Source of the DNA: Oscillospiraceae bacterium
Lineage (GTDB): Bacteria > Bacillota > Clostridia > Oscillospirales > CAG-382
Reading direction: 5' to 3'
DNA: 64,000 nt
Assembly (NCBI GenBank): GCA_015065165.1
Contig: SVQU01000001.1
Location: 36,632 to 100,631, forward strand
The notes below the pieces were generated by a model. It was not told the origin of the DNA and searched no databases. It was given only the letters and a program-made list of their open reading frames with translations. Each line of letters starts with the position of its first letter. The stretch's first letter is position 1. The position numbers and the translations under genes are program-made. This document shows, in pieces, positions 18,224 through 26,856 of this stretch.

Positions 18224-19012
18224 ATGAAAATTGGTCTTATATCCGATTCTCTTCGTCTTGGCTTTGCTGAAAGCATAAAGGTTGCTAATCAGCTTGGAGT
18301 AACCGGTGTACAAAAGTATATGACTTTTGGCGATTTCACTGCAGATACTCTTGTTGGCGACAAACTTAAAGAAGTTAAGGATATTATGGATTCCAACGGT
18401 CTTATTTTCTCTGCTATTTGCGGCGACTTTGGCGTTGACCTTGATGATGAATATGTTGTTGACGATTCTAAACGTGTTCTCGAAACCGCAAAAGAATTGG
18501 GCTGTAACATCGTTACCACTCATATCGGTCATATCACCGATACTGATGATGCCAGAATGGAAAAAATCAGAAAGAACGCTCAGGAACTTGCTGTTTTTGC
18601 AGATAGTATTGGTTCTTATTTCGCTGCCGAAACAGGTACCGAAAAAGCAGTTGTTATGAAGTCTTTCCTGGATTCTCTCGGTGCAAAGGGCTTGCGTGTA
18701 AACTACGACCCTGCTAACCTTGTTATGGTTGCCGGTGATGACCCTGTAGCAGGTGTTTATACTCTTCGTGATTACATCGTTCATACCCACGCAAAAGACG
18801 GTATTAAGACCGGTGAAAAGACCTTCCTCGAAGTTCCTTTGGGACAGGGCGGTGTTGATTTCGATAAGTATATTGCGGCTCTTAATGATATCGGATATGA
18901 TGGCTATCTTACCATAGAACGCGAAGTAGGGGATAATCCTGCGGCTGATATCACTATGGCTGTAGACTTCCTTAAGGGTAAACTTAACACCTTGGGCATT
19001 AAGTTAGGTTAA
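18224..19012 (+). CDS. Sugar phosphate isomerase/epimerase (xylose-isomerase-like TIM barrel)
   Basis: 262 aa. Motifs VTTHIGH, ETGTE, YDPANL, HAKDG and LTIERE are typical of the AP-endonuclease-2/TIM barrel family. Confidence 0.75.
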   Translation: MKIGLISDSLRLGFAESIKVANQLGVTGVQKYMTFGDFTADTLVGDKLKEVKDIMDSNGLIFSAICGDFGVDLDDEYVVDDSKRVLETAKELGCNIVTTHIGHITDTDDARMEKIRKNAQELAVFADSIGSYFAAETGTEKAVVMKSFLDSLGAKGLRVNYDPANLVMVAGDDPVAGVYTLRDYIVHTHAKDGIKTGEKTFLEVPLGQGGVDFDKYIAALNDIGYDGYLTIEREVGDNPAADITMAVDFLKGKLNTLGIKLG

Positions 19013-19022
19013 ATATTTTATT

Positions 19023-19049
19023 ACGGCGGAGTTTTACTCTGCCGTTTTC
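19023..19049 (+). terminator. Intrinsic terminator
   Basis: 9-bp stem ACGGCGGAG/CTCTGCCGT (one G-U pair), loop TTTTA, then TTTT. Confidence 0.7.
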
Positions 19050-19220
19050 TTTTCACCTCTACACAGTATATTCACAGAATGAATTTTTGTTATAAATGCA
19101 TATTAATGTTAATTTCAACAAAAAACATCGCAAATATGATGGAGAATATACAAAAATGATAATAGAAAATGACGTGCACGAAAAAACAAGAAAAATATAG
19201 AAAAAATGTAACAAATTCTA

Positions 19221-19249
19221 TTGATTTTTTTTAATAATCGATGTATTAT
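19221..19249 (+). promoter_or_regulatory. Sigma-A type promoter of the decarboxylase operon
   Basis: TTGATT-17 nt-TATTAT, about 60 nt upstream of the ATG at 19312. Confidence 0.5.
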
Positions 19250-19311
19250 GTTAAAAGAAAATATAATAGGGGAGAATGTGTTTTTCTTCTCTTGGAAAGG
19301 AAGTTCGATCT

Positions 19312-19677
19312 ATGAATTTAACCACACTTATGAAGATCGGCGAGAACATCAACGAAGGTTCTTCCATTGGTGAAAGAGCAGCCGTTGGTATTCAGGTTGT
19401 CGCTATCGGTATGGGCGTTGTTTTTGGTGTTTTGATACTTCTTATCGGCATACTGCAAATTTTTAAATTGTTTGCTAATAAGAAATCGGCAACAACCGAA
19501 ATTAAAACTCCTGCCGCTGCACCCGCACCTGCTCCCGTTTCTGCGGCACCGGTTGCCGCTGTTCCCGCTTCTGAGGAGGAAGCTATTGTTGCAATTGCTA
19601 CTTCTGCCATTGCCGCATACAGAGGTGAAAGCGATTGCGCTTTCAAAGTTCTTTCAATTAAAAAGATTGTTAAATAA
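19312..19677 (+). CDS. oadG: OadG-family gamma subunit of Na+-translocating decarboxylase
   Basis: Single TM helix (VVAIGMGVVFGVLILLIGILQIF) and an Ala/Pro-rich linker. The start at 19312 is supported by AAAGGAAG 8 nt upstream. Confidence 0.7.
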   Translation: MNLTTLMKIGENINEGSSIGERAAVGIQVVAIGMGVVFGVLILLIGILQIFKLFANKKSATTEIKTPAAAPAPAPVSAAPVAAVPASEEEAIVAIATSAIAAYRGESDCAFKVLSIKKIVK

Positions 19678-19691
19678 AAGGAGATTTTATC

Positions 19692-20099
19692 ATGGCTAAA
19701 AAGTATATTGTTACGGTTAACGGCACCGGTTACGAAGTTATCGTTGAAGAAGCCGCTATGAACGCTAATTTTAACACTGCACCTGCAGCAGCACCTGCAG
19801 CAGCACCTGCACCCGCAGCGGCTCCCGCACCTGCAGCAGCACCCGCGCCCGCAGCAGCACCTGCACCTGCAGCAGCTCCCGCTGACGGCGTTAAAGTAAC
19901 CGCACCTCTTCCCGGTAACATTCTTCGTGTTGAAGTTTCCGCAGGCGCAACCGTTAAGAAGGGTGATATCCTTTGTATTCTCGAAGCAATGAAAATGGAA
20001 AATGAAATCGTTGCTCCTCAGGATGGTACCGTTGCAAGCGTTTCTGCAACTCAAGGTTCTTCCGTTAACACCGGCGATCTTCTTTTCGTTATTGGTTAA
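19692..20099 (+). CDS. Biotin carboxyl carrier subunit (free-standing biotinyl domain)
   Basis: 135 aa. Biotinylation motif EAMKMENEI within the C-terminal lipoyl/biotinyl fold, preceded by an (AAAPAP)n linker. Confidence 0.85.
   Translation: MAKKYIVTVNGTGYEVIVEEAAMNANFNTAPAAAPAAAPAPAAAPAPAAAPAPAAAPAPAAAPADGVKVTAPLPGNILRVEVSAGATVKKGDILCILEAMKMENEIVAPQDGTVASVSATQGSSVNTGDLLFVIG
19779..19883. repeat. GC-rich in-frame Ala-Pro linker repeat
   Basis: Iterated GCACCTGCAGCAGCA-type units encoding APAAAPAAAPAPAAAPAPAAAPAPAAAPAPAAAPA. Confidence 0.85.
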
Positions 20100-20138
20100 T
20101 GCTTGATTAACTGCGAAAATTAAGAAAGGTGTTATATT

Positions 20139-21365
20139 ATGTTAGAAGCATTGAAAGGATTGTTTGAACAATCCGGATTTGGTAATTTATATAATGCCGA
20201 AGTTCCTTTTGAATATTTTGGCATTCAGTCCAATTTTGACTTTGGTACGATAATTATGCTCGTTGTAGCGTGCGTATTGTTTTATCTTGCTATAGTTAAA
20301 AAGTTTGAACCGCTGTTGCTTCTTCCTATAGCGTTCGGTATGTTACTTGTAAACATTCCCGGTCCTATTGGCGATGCAGTATATCACAGCGATATCTTTA
20401 TCAACGAAACAGGTCATATTAACTGGACGGCACTTGCCGAAGGTGGCGGTCTTATCGACTATCTTTACCTTGGTGTAAAGCTTGGTATTTATCCTCCGCT
20501 TATCTTCCTTGGTGTTGGTGCTATGACCGACTTTAAACCCCTTATTGCAAACCCCAAGAGCCTTCTTTTGGGTGCGGCGGCACAGCTTGGTGTATTTGCC
20601 GCATTCTTTGGTGCACTTGCTTCCGGTTACTTTACTATTGAAGAAGCTGCATCTATCGGTATTATCGGTGGTGCGGACGGTCCTACTGCTATTTACGTAA
20701 CAAAGACTCTTGCACCTAACCTTCTCGGCGCTATTGCGATTGCCGCATATTCTTATATGGCTCTCGTTCCTTTCATTCAGCCTCCCATTATGAAGGCATT
20801 TACTTCTAAACAGGAACGCCAGATCGTTATGGGCCAGCTTCGCAACGTTTCCAAGACTGAAGAAATTATTTTCCCCATTGTCGTTGCTCTTGTAGTAAGT
20901 ATCATTCTTCCTTCGGCTGCTGCACTTGTTGGTATGCTTATGCTTGGTAACCTTCTTAAGGTTTGCGGTGTTGCTGATAGACTTTCTAAGACAGCGCAAA
21001 ATGAGCTTATGAATATCGTTACCATTCTTCTCGGTATTTCTGTAGGCGCAACCGCTAATGCGGCTAACTTCCTTAAGACTCAAACTCTTCTTATCATTGT
21101 TCTTGGTCTCTGTGCATTTGCCGTTGCTACTTTCGGCGGCGTTATTTTTGGTAAGATTATGTGCTTCGTTACCAAGGGTAAGATCAATCCTCTTATCGGT
21201 TCTGCAGGTGTTTCTGCCGTTCCTATGGCAGCGCGTGTATCCCAGATGGTTGGTCAGAAAGAAAACCCCGCAAACTTCTTGCTTATGCACGCTATGGGCC
21301 CCAACGTTGCCGGCGTTATCGGTTCTGCCGTAGCCGCAGGCGTGTTCCTTGCAATGTTCAGTTAA
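20139..21365 (+). CDS. oadB: Na+-translocating decarboxylase beta subunit
   Basis: 408 aa, polytopic. OadB/GcdB/MmdB-like blocks are [22 protein letters not shown] and [17 protein letters not shown]. Confidence 0.85.
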   Translation: MLEALKGLFEQSGFGNLYNAEVPFEYFGIQSNFDFGTIIMLVVACVLFYLAIVKKFEPLLLLPIAFGMLLVNIPGPIGDAVYHSDIFINETGHINWTALAEGGGLIDYLYLGVKLGIYPPLIFLGVGAMTDFKPLIANPKSLLLGAAAQLGVFAAFFGALASGYFTIEEAASIGIIGGADGPTAIYVTKTLAPNLLGAIAIAAYSYMALVPFIQPPIMKAFTSKQERQIVMGQLRNVSKTEEIIFPIVVALVVSIILPSAAALVGMLMLGNLLKVCGVADRLSKTAQNELMNIVTILLGISVGATANAANFLKTQTLLIIVLGLCAFAVATFGGVIFGKIMCFVTKGKINPLIGSAGVSAVPMAARVSQMVGQKENPANFLLMHAMGPNVAGVIGSAVAAGVFLAMFS

Positions 21366-21387
21366 TTAACGGAAAGGTGAAATTATT

Positions 21388-22800
21388 ATGGCAAAACAAG
21401 TTAAAATTACAGAAACAATAATTCGTGATGCTCATCAGTCTCTTATCGCTACTCGTATGACCACTGATGAAATGCTTGAAATTCTTCCCGAACTTGATAA
21501 AGTTGGTTATCATTCTCTTGAAGCTTGGGGCGGCGCTACTTTCGACTCCTGCCTCCGCTTCCTTAACGAAGACCCTTGGCAGAGACTTCGTACCATTAAA
21601 GACCACGTAAAGAATACTCCTCTTCAGATGCTTTTCAGAGGTCAGAATATTCTTGGTTACAGACACTATGCCGACGACGTTGTTGAATATTTCGTTCAGA
21701 AGTGCGTTGCAAACGGTATGGATATCATCCGTATTTTCGATGCTCTTAACGACCCCCGTAACCTTAAGACTGCTATTAACGCAACCAAGAAGGAAAAGGG
21801 ACACGTTCAGGGATGTGTATGCTATACCACCGGTCCCGTTTTCACCAACGAATACTTTGCAAAGTATGCTAAGCAGTTGGAAGAAATGGGTGCAGACAGC
21901 ATCTGTATTAAAGATATGGCAGGTCTTCTTAAGCCCTATGATGCTTATGACCTTGTTACTGCAATTAAGTCTATTGTAAAGATTCCCGTACAGCTTCACA
22001 CACACTATACCACCGGTATTGCTTCTATGACCATTCTTAAGGCTATCGAAGCAGGTGTTGACGTTGTTGACTGTGCGCTTTCTCCTCTCGCTCTCGGTAC
22101 TTCTCAGCCCGCTACCGAACCTCTCGTAGCAACCCTTCAGGGTACTCCTTATGACACCGGTATCGATCTTGCACAGCTCGATAAGATCGCTAAGCACTTC
22201 GACGGTCTCCGTGAAAAGTATCTTGCCAGTGGTTTGCTCGATCCCAAGGTGCTTAAGGTTAACGTTAACGCTCTTATGTATCAGGTTCCCGGCGGTATGC
22301 TTTCTAACCTTCTTTCTCAGCTTAAGCAGGCTGGCGCAAGCGATAAGCTCGAAGCTTGTCTCGAGGAAGTTCCTCGCGTTAGAGAAGCAGCAGGCTATCC
22401 TCCTCTTGTAACTCCTACCTCTCAGATCGTTGGTACTCAGGCTGTATTTAACGTTCTCTTTGGTGAATATAAGAACGTTACCAAGGAATTCAGAGGTATG
22501 GTTAAGGGTGAATACGGTAGAACTCCCGTTGATATCGACCCTGAATTCGTAAAGAAGATTATCGGCGATGAAAAGCAGATCACCTGCCGTCCCGCAGATA
22601 ACATCAAGCCTGAGCTTGAAACCTTGAAGTCTAAGCTCGGTGCTAGAGCACATCAGGAAGAAGACGTTCTTTCTTACGCTCTCTTTGATCAGGTTGCAAT
22701 GAAGTTCTTCGACAAGAGAGACGAAGGCGAAACCATCGCTGCTGCTGTGGCAAATGCTGCAGATGCAAAATACAACGTAAACATTCACGAAGTTAAATAA
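21388..22800 (+). CDS. oadA: Oxaloacetate decarboxylase alpha subunit, carboxyltransferase domain only
   Basis: 470 aa. Motifs ITETIIRDAHQSL, SLEAWGGATFD, IKDMAGLL and HTHYTTG. There is no C-terminal biotinyl domain. Confidence 0.85.
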   Translation: MAKQVKITETIIRDAHQSLIATRMTTDEMLEILPELDKVGYHSLEAWGGATFDSCLRFLNEDPWQRLRTIKDHVKNTPLQMLFRGQNILGYRHYADDVVEYFVQKCVANGMDIIRIFDALNDPRNLKTAINATKKEKGHVQGCVCYTTGPVFTNEYFAKYAKQLEEMGADSICIKDMAGLLKPYDAYDLVTAIKSIVKIPVQLHTHYTTGIASMTILKAIEAGVDVVDCALSPLALGTSQPATEPLVATLQGTPYDTGIDLAQLDKIAKHFDGLREKYLASGLLDPKVLKVNVNALMYQVPGGMLSNLLSQLKQAGASDKLEACLEEVPRVREAAGYPPLVTPTSQIVGTQAVFNVLFGEYKNVTKEFRGMVKGEYGRTPVDIDPEFVKKIIGDEKQITCRPADNIKPELETLKSKLGARAHQEEDVLSYALFDQVAMKFFDKRDEGETIAAAVANAADAKYNVNIHEVK

Positions 22801-22815
22801 ATCGTTGAATAGAAA

Positions 22816-22843
22816 ACAGACCTGGAAAACAGGTCTGTTTTTT
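22816..22843. terminator. Bidirectional intrinsic terminator between oadA and sigG
   Basis: Stem ACAGACCT/AGGTCTGT with an A-run upstream and a T-run downstream. Confidence 0.75.
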
Positions 22844-22859
22844 GTATTATCGAGGCATT

Positions 22860-23633
22860 TCAACTCATATGCTTTTTCATTTTTTCCAAAGCGTTTTTTT
22901 CTAATCTACTGACTTGTGCTTGAGAAATTCCGATTTCTTGTGAAACTTCTGTTTGTGTTTTACCGTTATAAAACCTCATTAATAAAATGCTTTTTTCGCG
23001 CTCGCCTAATGTGTTAAGAGCATTTTTAATTGCTATATTGTCTAACCATATTTCATCATTCGAGCTATCATCACGTATCTGGTCAAGAACATACAAAGAA
23101 TCGCCGTTTTCTGAATAAATAGGGTCGTACAGAGAAATTGGTTCCATTATCGCATCAAGCGCGGATGAAACGGTTTTTACATCTTCACCCATTTCTTTTG
23201 CAATTTCTTCTACAGTGGGTTCGTGGGAGAGTTTCAGCGATAAAGCTTCTTTGGCTTTTAACGCGCGGTATGCTACGTCTCTCATCGAGCGCGGAACACG
23301 TATGGAATTGAAATCTCTTAAATATCGTCTCAGTTCACCAATTATCATAGGCACGGCATAGGTGGAAAATTTCACGTCTAGGGTTGGGTCAAAATTATCT
23401 ATCGCTTTAATCAATCCAATGCAGCCCACTTGGAATAAATCGTCGGGATTTTCGTTTCGATTTCTAAATGATTGTATAACACTTAACACAAGACGAAGAT
23501 TACCGTTTATTAACTCTTCGCGAGCGTTTTTGTTACCTGCCTTTGATTCTTGTAAAAGCCTTTTCTTTTCATTTTCTGATAACGTTTTTAATTTTGACGT
23601 ATTTACACCGCATATTTCTACTTTATTATACAT
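22860..23633 (-). CDS. sigG: Sporulation sigma factor sigma-G
   Basis: 257 aa. The N-terminus NKVEICGVNTSKL and the blocks NGNLRLVLSVIQSF, DDLFQVGCIGLIKAIDNFD, VKFSTYAVPMIIGELRRYLRD and GISQAQVSRLEK match SigG rather than SigF. Confidence 0.85.
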   Translation of the reverse strand: MYNKVEICGVNTSKLKTLSENEKKRLLQESKAGNKNAREELINGNLRLVLSVIQSFRNRNENPDDLFQVGCIGLIKAIDNFDPTLDVKFSTYAVPMIIGELRRYLRDFNSIRVPRSMRDVAYRALKAKEALSLKLSHEPTVEEIAKEMGEDVKTVSSALDAIMEPISLYDPIYSENGDSLYVLDQIRDDSSNDEIWLDNIAIKNALNTLGEREKSILLMRFYNGKTQTEVSQEIGISQAQVSRLEKNALEKMKKHMS

Positions 23634-23636
23634 AAG

Positions 23637-23687
23637 TTAGACCTCCAAATTGGGTTCAATTGGATTGTGCCCGTTTTAGAGGTCTAA
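23637..23687 (-). promoter_or_regulatory. Hairpin sequestering the sigG ribosome-binding site
   Basis: Perfect 9-bp inverted repeat TTAGACCTC (23637-23645) / GAGGTCTAA (23679-23687). The 3' arm in the mRNA covers 4 of the 5 nt of the GGAGG SD. No U-run follows. Confidence 0.6.
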
Positions 23688-23697
23688 AATTCGTTTT

Positions 23698-24963
23698 TTA
23701 ATTATTTAAATCCTTCTTTTTAAGCAAATTGAAGCTACACGTAAACATTGTTCCGTGCTCTATATTGCTTGTTACTGATATGCTGGCTTCGTTGTTTTCT
23801 ATAATGCGTTTCGCTATTGAAAGCCCAAGTCCGCTACCGCTGCTTGTTCTGGAACGCGCTTCATCAGCCCGATAGAACCTATCGAAAATAAACGGTAAGT
23901 CATTCTTCGGGATTGGCTCACCCGTATTGTACACACTAACAACGGCTTTATCATTTACTATGTGAGCAGTAAAAACTATTCGCCCATTTGCGTTTGAATA
24001 TTTAACGGCATTGTCTAACAGAATTGAAAATAATTGTTTTAATGAGTATTCGTCTGCCTTGATAAATATATCGTTTTGTATATTAATATCAAGCAACTTG
24101 CCGTTTTCGAAACAAACGCTTTCAAAGGGCAGCGCTATGTCATAAGCGATGTTGCTAAGGTTTATATCCGTAAGCTTGGGTTTGGACGTTGGTTCATCAC
24201 TTTTAGCCAAATACAACGTCATATTAACGATTTCCGACATTTTATCGGCTTCGTCCTTTATGTACCTAAGCCATTTTTGGTCTTCCTCTTTAATATTGTT
24301 GTCGGAGGATAGAAGAATGTCGGCATTCGTAGATATGATAGTGATAGGTGTTTTTAGGTCGTGTGAAACGTTTGAAATTAATTGATTTTGCTGTTTTATA
24401 GATTTTTCTACAGGCTTAATAGCAATATTAGCCACCACAAAAGAAATTATCAAAAATCCAATAAGAGCACATGAACCGATTATGGAAAGGGAAATCATAA
24501 GCTGACGCATATTTTCATCTTCGTATTGCTTATCAACAAGAACTATACGTGTACCGATAGGAAGAGTTTTACATAGGAAGCGCATATTATAGTCAACAAG
24601 CACGCCTTCGGTTTTGCCTTCCTTTTTTATGGCGTTTAAAATTCCTGTTACGTATTGTGTTTCTTTTTCGGTAAGATACTTTCCATCACCAAATCCATCA
24701 ATATAGCATAAACCTGAGGTAGCGTCGATATCTATAATCACAGCAGGTAAATATGAATAATCCGACTCTGCTTCTTTATCGGGTCTAAATAAAAAATTCG
24801 GAGAATTTCTAACGTCGTCTGCGATATTTTGCATTGCTGAAACAGTTTTATCTCTTTGGAAACTGGCATTTTGGAAATATATAAATGCTAAAGATGATAA
24901 TAAAATTAAAGCAATCAACAGCATATTTGTAAGAACGAATTTGAATTTTAACTTTTTAATCAA
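23698..24963 (-). CDS. Sensor histidine kinase (two TM helices, HisKA plus HATPase)
   Basis: H-box SHDLKTPITII, N-box LLDNAVKYS, G-box GSGLGLSIAK. Probable TTG start. Confidence 0.85.
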   Translation of the reverse strand: MIKKLKFKFVLTNMLLIALILLSSLAFIYFQNASFQRDKTVSAMQNIADDVRNSPNFLFRPDKEAESDYSYLPAVIIDIDATSGLCYIDGFGDGKYLTEKETQYVTGILNAIKKEGKTEGVLVDYNMRFLCKTLPIGTRIVLVDKQYEDENMRQLMISLSIIGSCALIGFLIISFVVANIAIKPVEKSIKQQNQLISNVSHDLKTPITIISTNADILLSSDNNIKEEDQKWLRYIKDEADKMSEIVNMTLYLAKSDEPTSKPKLTDINLSNIAYDIALPFESVCFENGKLLDINIQNDIFIKADEYSLKQLFSILLDNAVKYSNANGRIVFTAHIVNDKAVVSVYNTGEPIPKNDLPFIFDRFYRADEARSRTSSGSGLGLSIAKRIIENNEASISVTSNIEHGTMFTCSFNLLKKKDLNN

Positions 24964-24968
24964 AATAA

Positions 24969-25646
24969 TTATTCCTCTTTTAGGTTTAGATGATATCCGA
25001 TTTTTCTAACGGTTGAAATTGTTACGTTTGAATTCAAAGAATTCAACTTTTTTCTAATAAAGGAAACATACACTTCAACGTTATTATCCTCGGCTTCGGA
25101 GAGATATCCCCAGATTTTTGTTATAAGGTCTTCTTTTGAAAAAACTTGTTGCGGATTGGAAATTAACAATTTTAATATTTCGAATTCTTTATGTCCGATT
25201 CTCATAGAACGATTATTGCATTGGAGTGTATAAGTATTCAAATCTAAAATCAGGTTGCCGTAAGAAATTTTATCGATAATTATATCTCCCGTACGTCTTG
25301 TCATAGCTCTGACACGTGCGAGTAATTCGTCTTTGGAAAAGGGTTTTGTAAGATAATCATCTGCGCCGCAATCTAGTCCTTTTACCTTATCGCTGACTTC
25401 ATCACGGGCGGTTAATAGTATTATCGGGGTTTTAATGTGAGAGCTTCGTAAACGCCTAGTAACCTCGAATCCATCCATTTGCGGTAACATAATATCCAAC
25501 ACTATAACGTCGTAAATTCCCGATGAAGCATATTCACAACCATCTTTACCATTGTGTACAACGTCGCAAATATACTTTTGGCTTTTGAAAATTTCGCATA
25601 TCGTTTCTGCTAATATAAGGTCATCTTCGACGATCAGTATATTCAT
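24969..25646 (-). CDS. OmpR-family response regulator
   Basis: Receiver domain (ILIVEDD, DVIVLDIMLP, KP) plus a winged-helix C-terminus (TVRKIGYHL). RBS is AAGGAGG. Confidence 0.9.
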   Translation of the reverse strand: MNILIVEDDLILAETICEIFKSQKYICDVVHNGKDGCEYASSGIYDVIVLDIMLPQMDGFEVTRRLRSSHIKTPIILLTARDEVSDKVKGLDCGADDYLTKPFSKDELLARVRAMTRRTGDIIIDKISYGNLILDLNTYTLQCNNRSMRIGHKEFEILKLLISNPQQVFSKEDLITKIWGYLSEAEDNNVEVYVSFIRKKLNSLNSNVTISTVRKIGYHLNLKEE

Positions 25647-25700
25647 AAATACACCTCCTTATGATAGTGTAACGCTTTAACTTAAATGCAACTTAAAAAT

Positions 25701-25735
25701 AGACTGTCGTAACATAAAATACGACAGTCTTTTTT
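25701..25735. terminator. Bidirectional intrinsic terminator
   Basis: 10-bp stem AGACTGTCGT/ACGACAGTCT flanked by an A-run and a T-run. Confidence 0.75.
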
Positions 25736-25741
25736 AATTAA

Positions 25742-26776
25742 TTAAAGCTTAATTGTTTCAACCTCGGCAGTTTCTTTTTTTACTGTAGTTTTGTCATGCA
25801 GGGTTAACAAGAAAATTGCGCCGCCTACAAGTGCAAACATAAGGCTTATTGCAAGCATTTTATAGAAAGCGGATGAATAGCTGGTAAAGTTTGCAACTAC
25901 TTCGGCAGGAATCGTATCTCTGAGATGAATTAACCAAAACGCTTTGTTGGAAAGTGCAGATACTTTAAAGCCGTTTTTTGCGATAAATTCGAATACTATT
26001 CCAATATATTGACCGATGGCAGTAAATATCAAAGCGTTAGCACCAATAGCTATATAAGCAATTCTTCCTGCGGTTTTGCAAGCAATACGGTAACCTACAT
26101 AAGAAAGTAAAGAAACAACCGTGCCCAAAGCACAGAAAATATATCTTACGTCGCTAAGGCTGGACTTGCTGATGGCAGGGGAAATATAATAATACGCAAC
26201 AAAATATAAAGCAATACCGATTATAGAAAAAGCAATCGAGCTGATTATACCGCGCGCAGTGTTCTTCTTTACGGGTTGGGTGTCATTCGGTTCCTCATTG
26301 CTGTTCTCGAGGGCTTCTAAAGCGCAGTGTTCGCACATCAAATGGTTTTCTGAATTTTTGGTAACCTTTTTGGGGTTTCTGGCGCCAAACTTGTTGCCGC
26401 ACTTGGAACAATATTGAACACCGCGAATTTCGTTTTCGGATAAAAGCTCGACGCATTTATCCATTAATTTAAGAAAAGTGGGAATGTTTCCGTTGCAAAA
26501 AACGCGCAAACCGTCATCCGAAAGGGAATAATCAACAACGTTAAATTCCTCGACTATAGAAGAGAAGGTTTCGGAAACGTTATATTTTTTTAAAGAGTTT
26601 TCTTCGTTATCCGAGAACTTAAAGTTAAAATACGCAACCTTTTTTCCTGCAGATTCGTACACAGTGATTAAATAACCGCCGTATATTGCATATGCGTGGG
26701 ATTTGTTAATGTTTTTATTGTCGGAAAATGTAAAATTTAATTCCTCCAACGCTGATATAAGATTTTTACTTATCAT
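25742..26776 (-). CDS. Hypothetical zinc-ribbon membrane protein
   Basis: Soluble N-terminal domain, a CxxC...CxxC ribbon (CSKCGNKF...CEHCALE), then about 6 TM helices. I chose the ATG at 26776 because of GTGGAG 7 nt upstream; the ORF track starts at 26824. Confidence 0.6.
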   Translation of the reverse strand: MISKNLISALEELNFTFSDNKNINKSHAYAIYGGYLITVYESAGKKVAYFNFKFSDNEENSLKKYNVSETFSSIVEEFNVVDYSLSDDGLRVFCNGNIPTFLKLMDKCVELLSENEIRGVQYCSKCGNKFGARNPKKVTKNSENHLMCEHCALEALENSNEEPNDTQPVKKNTARGIISSIAFSIIGIALYFVAYYYISPAISKSSLSDVRYIFCALGTVVSLLSYVGYRIACKTAGRIAYIAIGANALIFTAIGQYIGIVFEFIAKNGFKVSALSNKAFWLIHLRDTIPAEVVANFTSYSSAFYKMLAISLMFALVGGAIFLLTLHDKTTVKKETAEVETIKL

Positions 26777-26856
26777 ATTTTTACTCCACTTATAATATTC
26801 AATACATTTTATCATTTTTAACAAGCAAGTTGGTTAACAATTTGTTAACATTTTCG

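Noticed and set aside
19050-19311. 260-nt region upstream of the Na+ decarboxylase operon considered as a riboswitch (for example Na+-responsive)
   Set aside because: The region is very AT-rich with no convincing conserved stems. The predicted promoter leaves only a leader of about 60 nt, and I cannot match any riboswitch consensus from memory. A covariance-model scan would be needed.
19392-20054. 220-aa Cys/Arg-rich minus-strand ORF
   Set aside because: It is the antisense of the Ala-Pro linker repeats (GCA/GCT/CCT read backwards give Cys/Arg/Gly runs) of oadG and the biotin carrier. It is not a metal-binding protein.
20343-21290. 315-aa minus-strand ORF opposite oadB
   Set aside because: Same codon-aligned shadow effect. 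The sense strand encodes a canonical polytopic beta subunit.
21358-22863. 501-aa ORF on the minus strand, the longest ORF in this part of the window
   Set aside because: It is exactly codon-aligned antisense to oadA. Its sequence is low-complexity (Cys/Asn/Phe/Lys-rich) with no recognisable motifs and no RBS, whereas the plus-strand gene has clear OadA motifs and an RBS. It is a shadow ORF caused by the absence of TTA, CTA and TCA codons in oadA.
23637-23687. sigG-upstream hairpin considered as the terminator of the histidine kinase gene
   Set aside because: No U-run follows the stem, and the 3' arm overlaps the sigG Shine-Dalgarno only 3 nt before the ATG. It is interpreted instead as an RBS-sequestering element.
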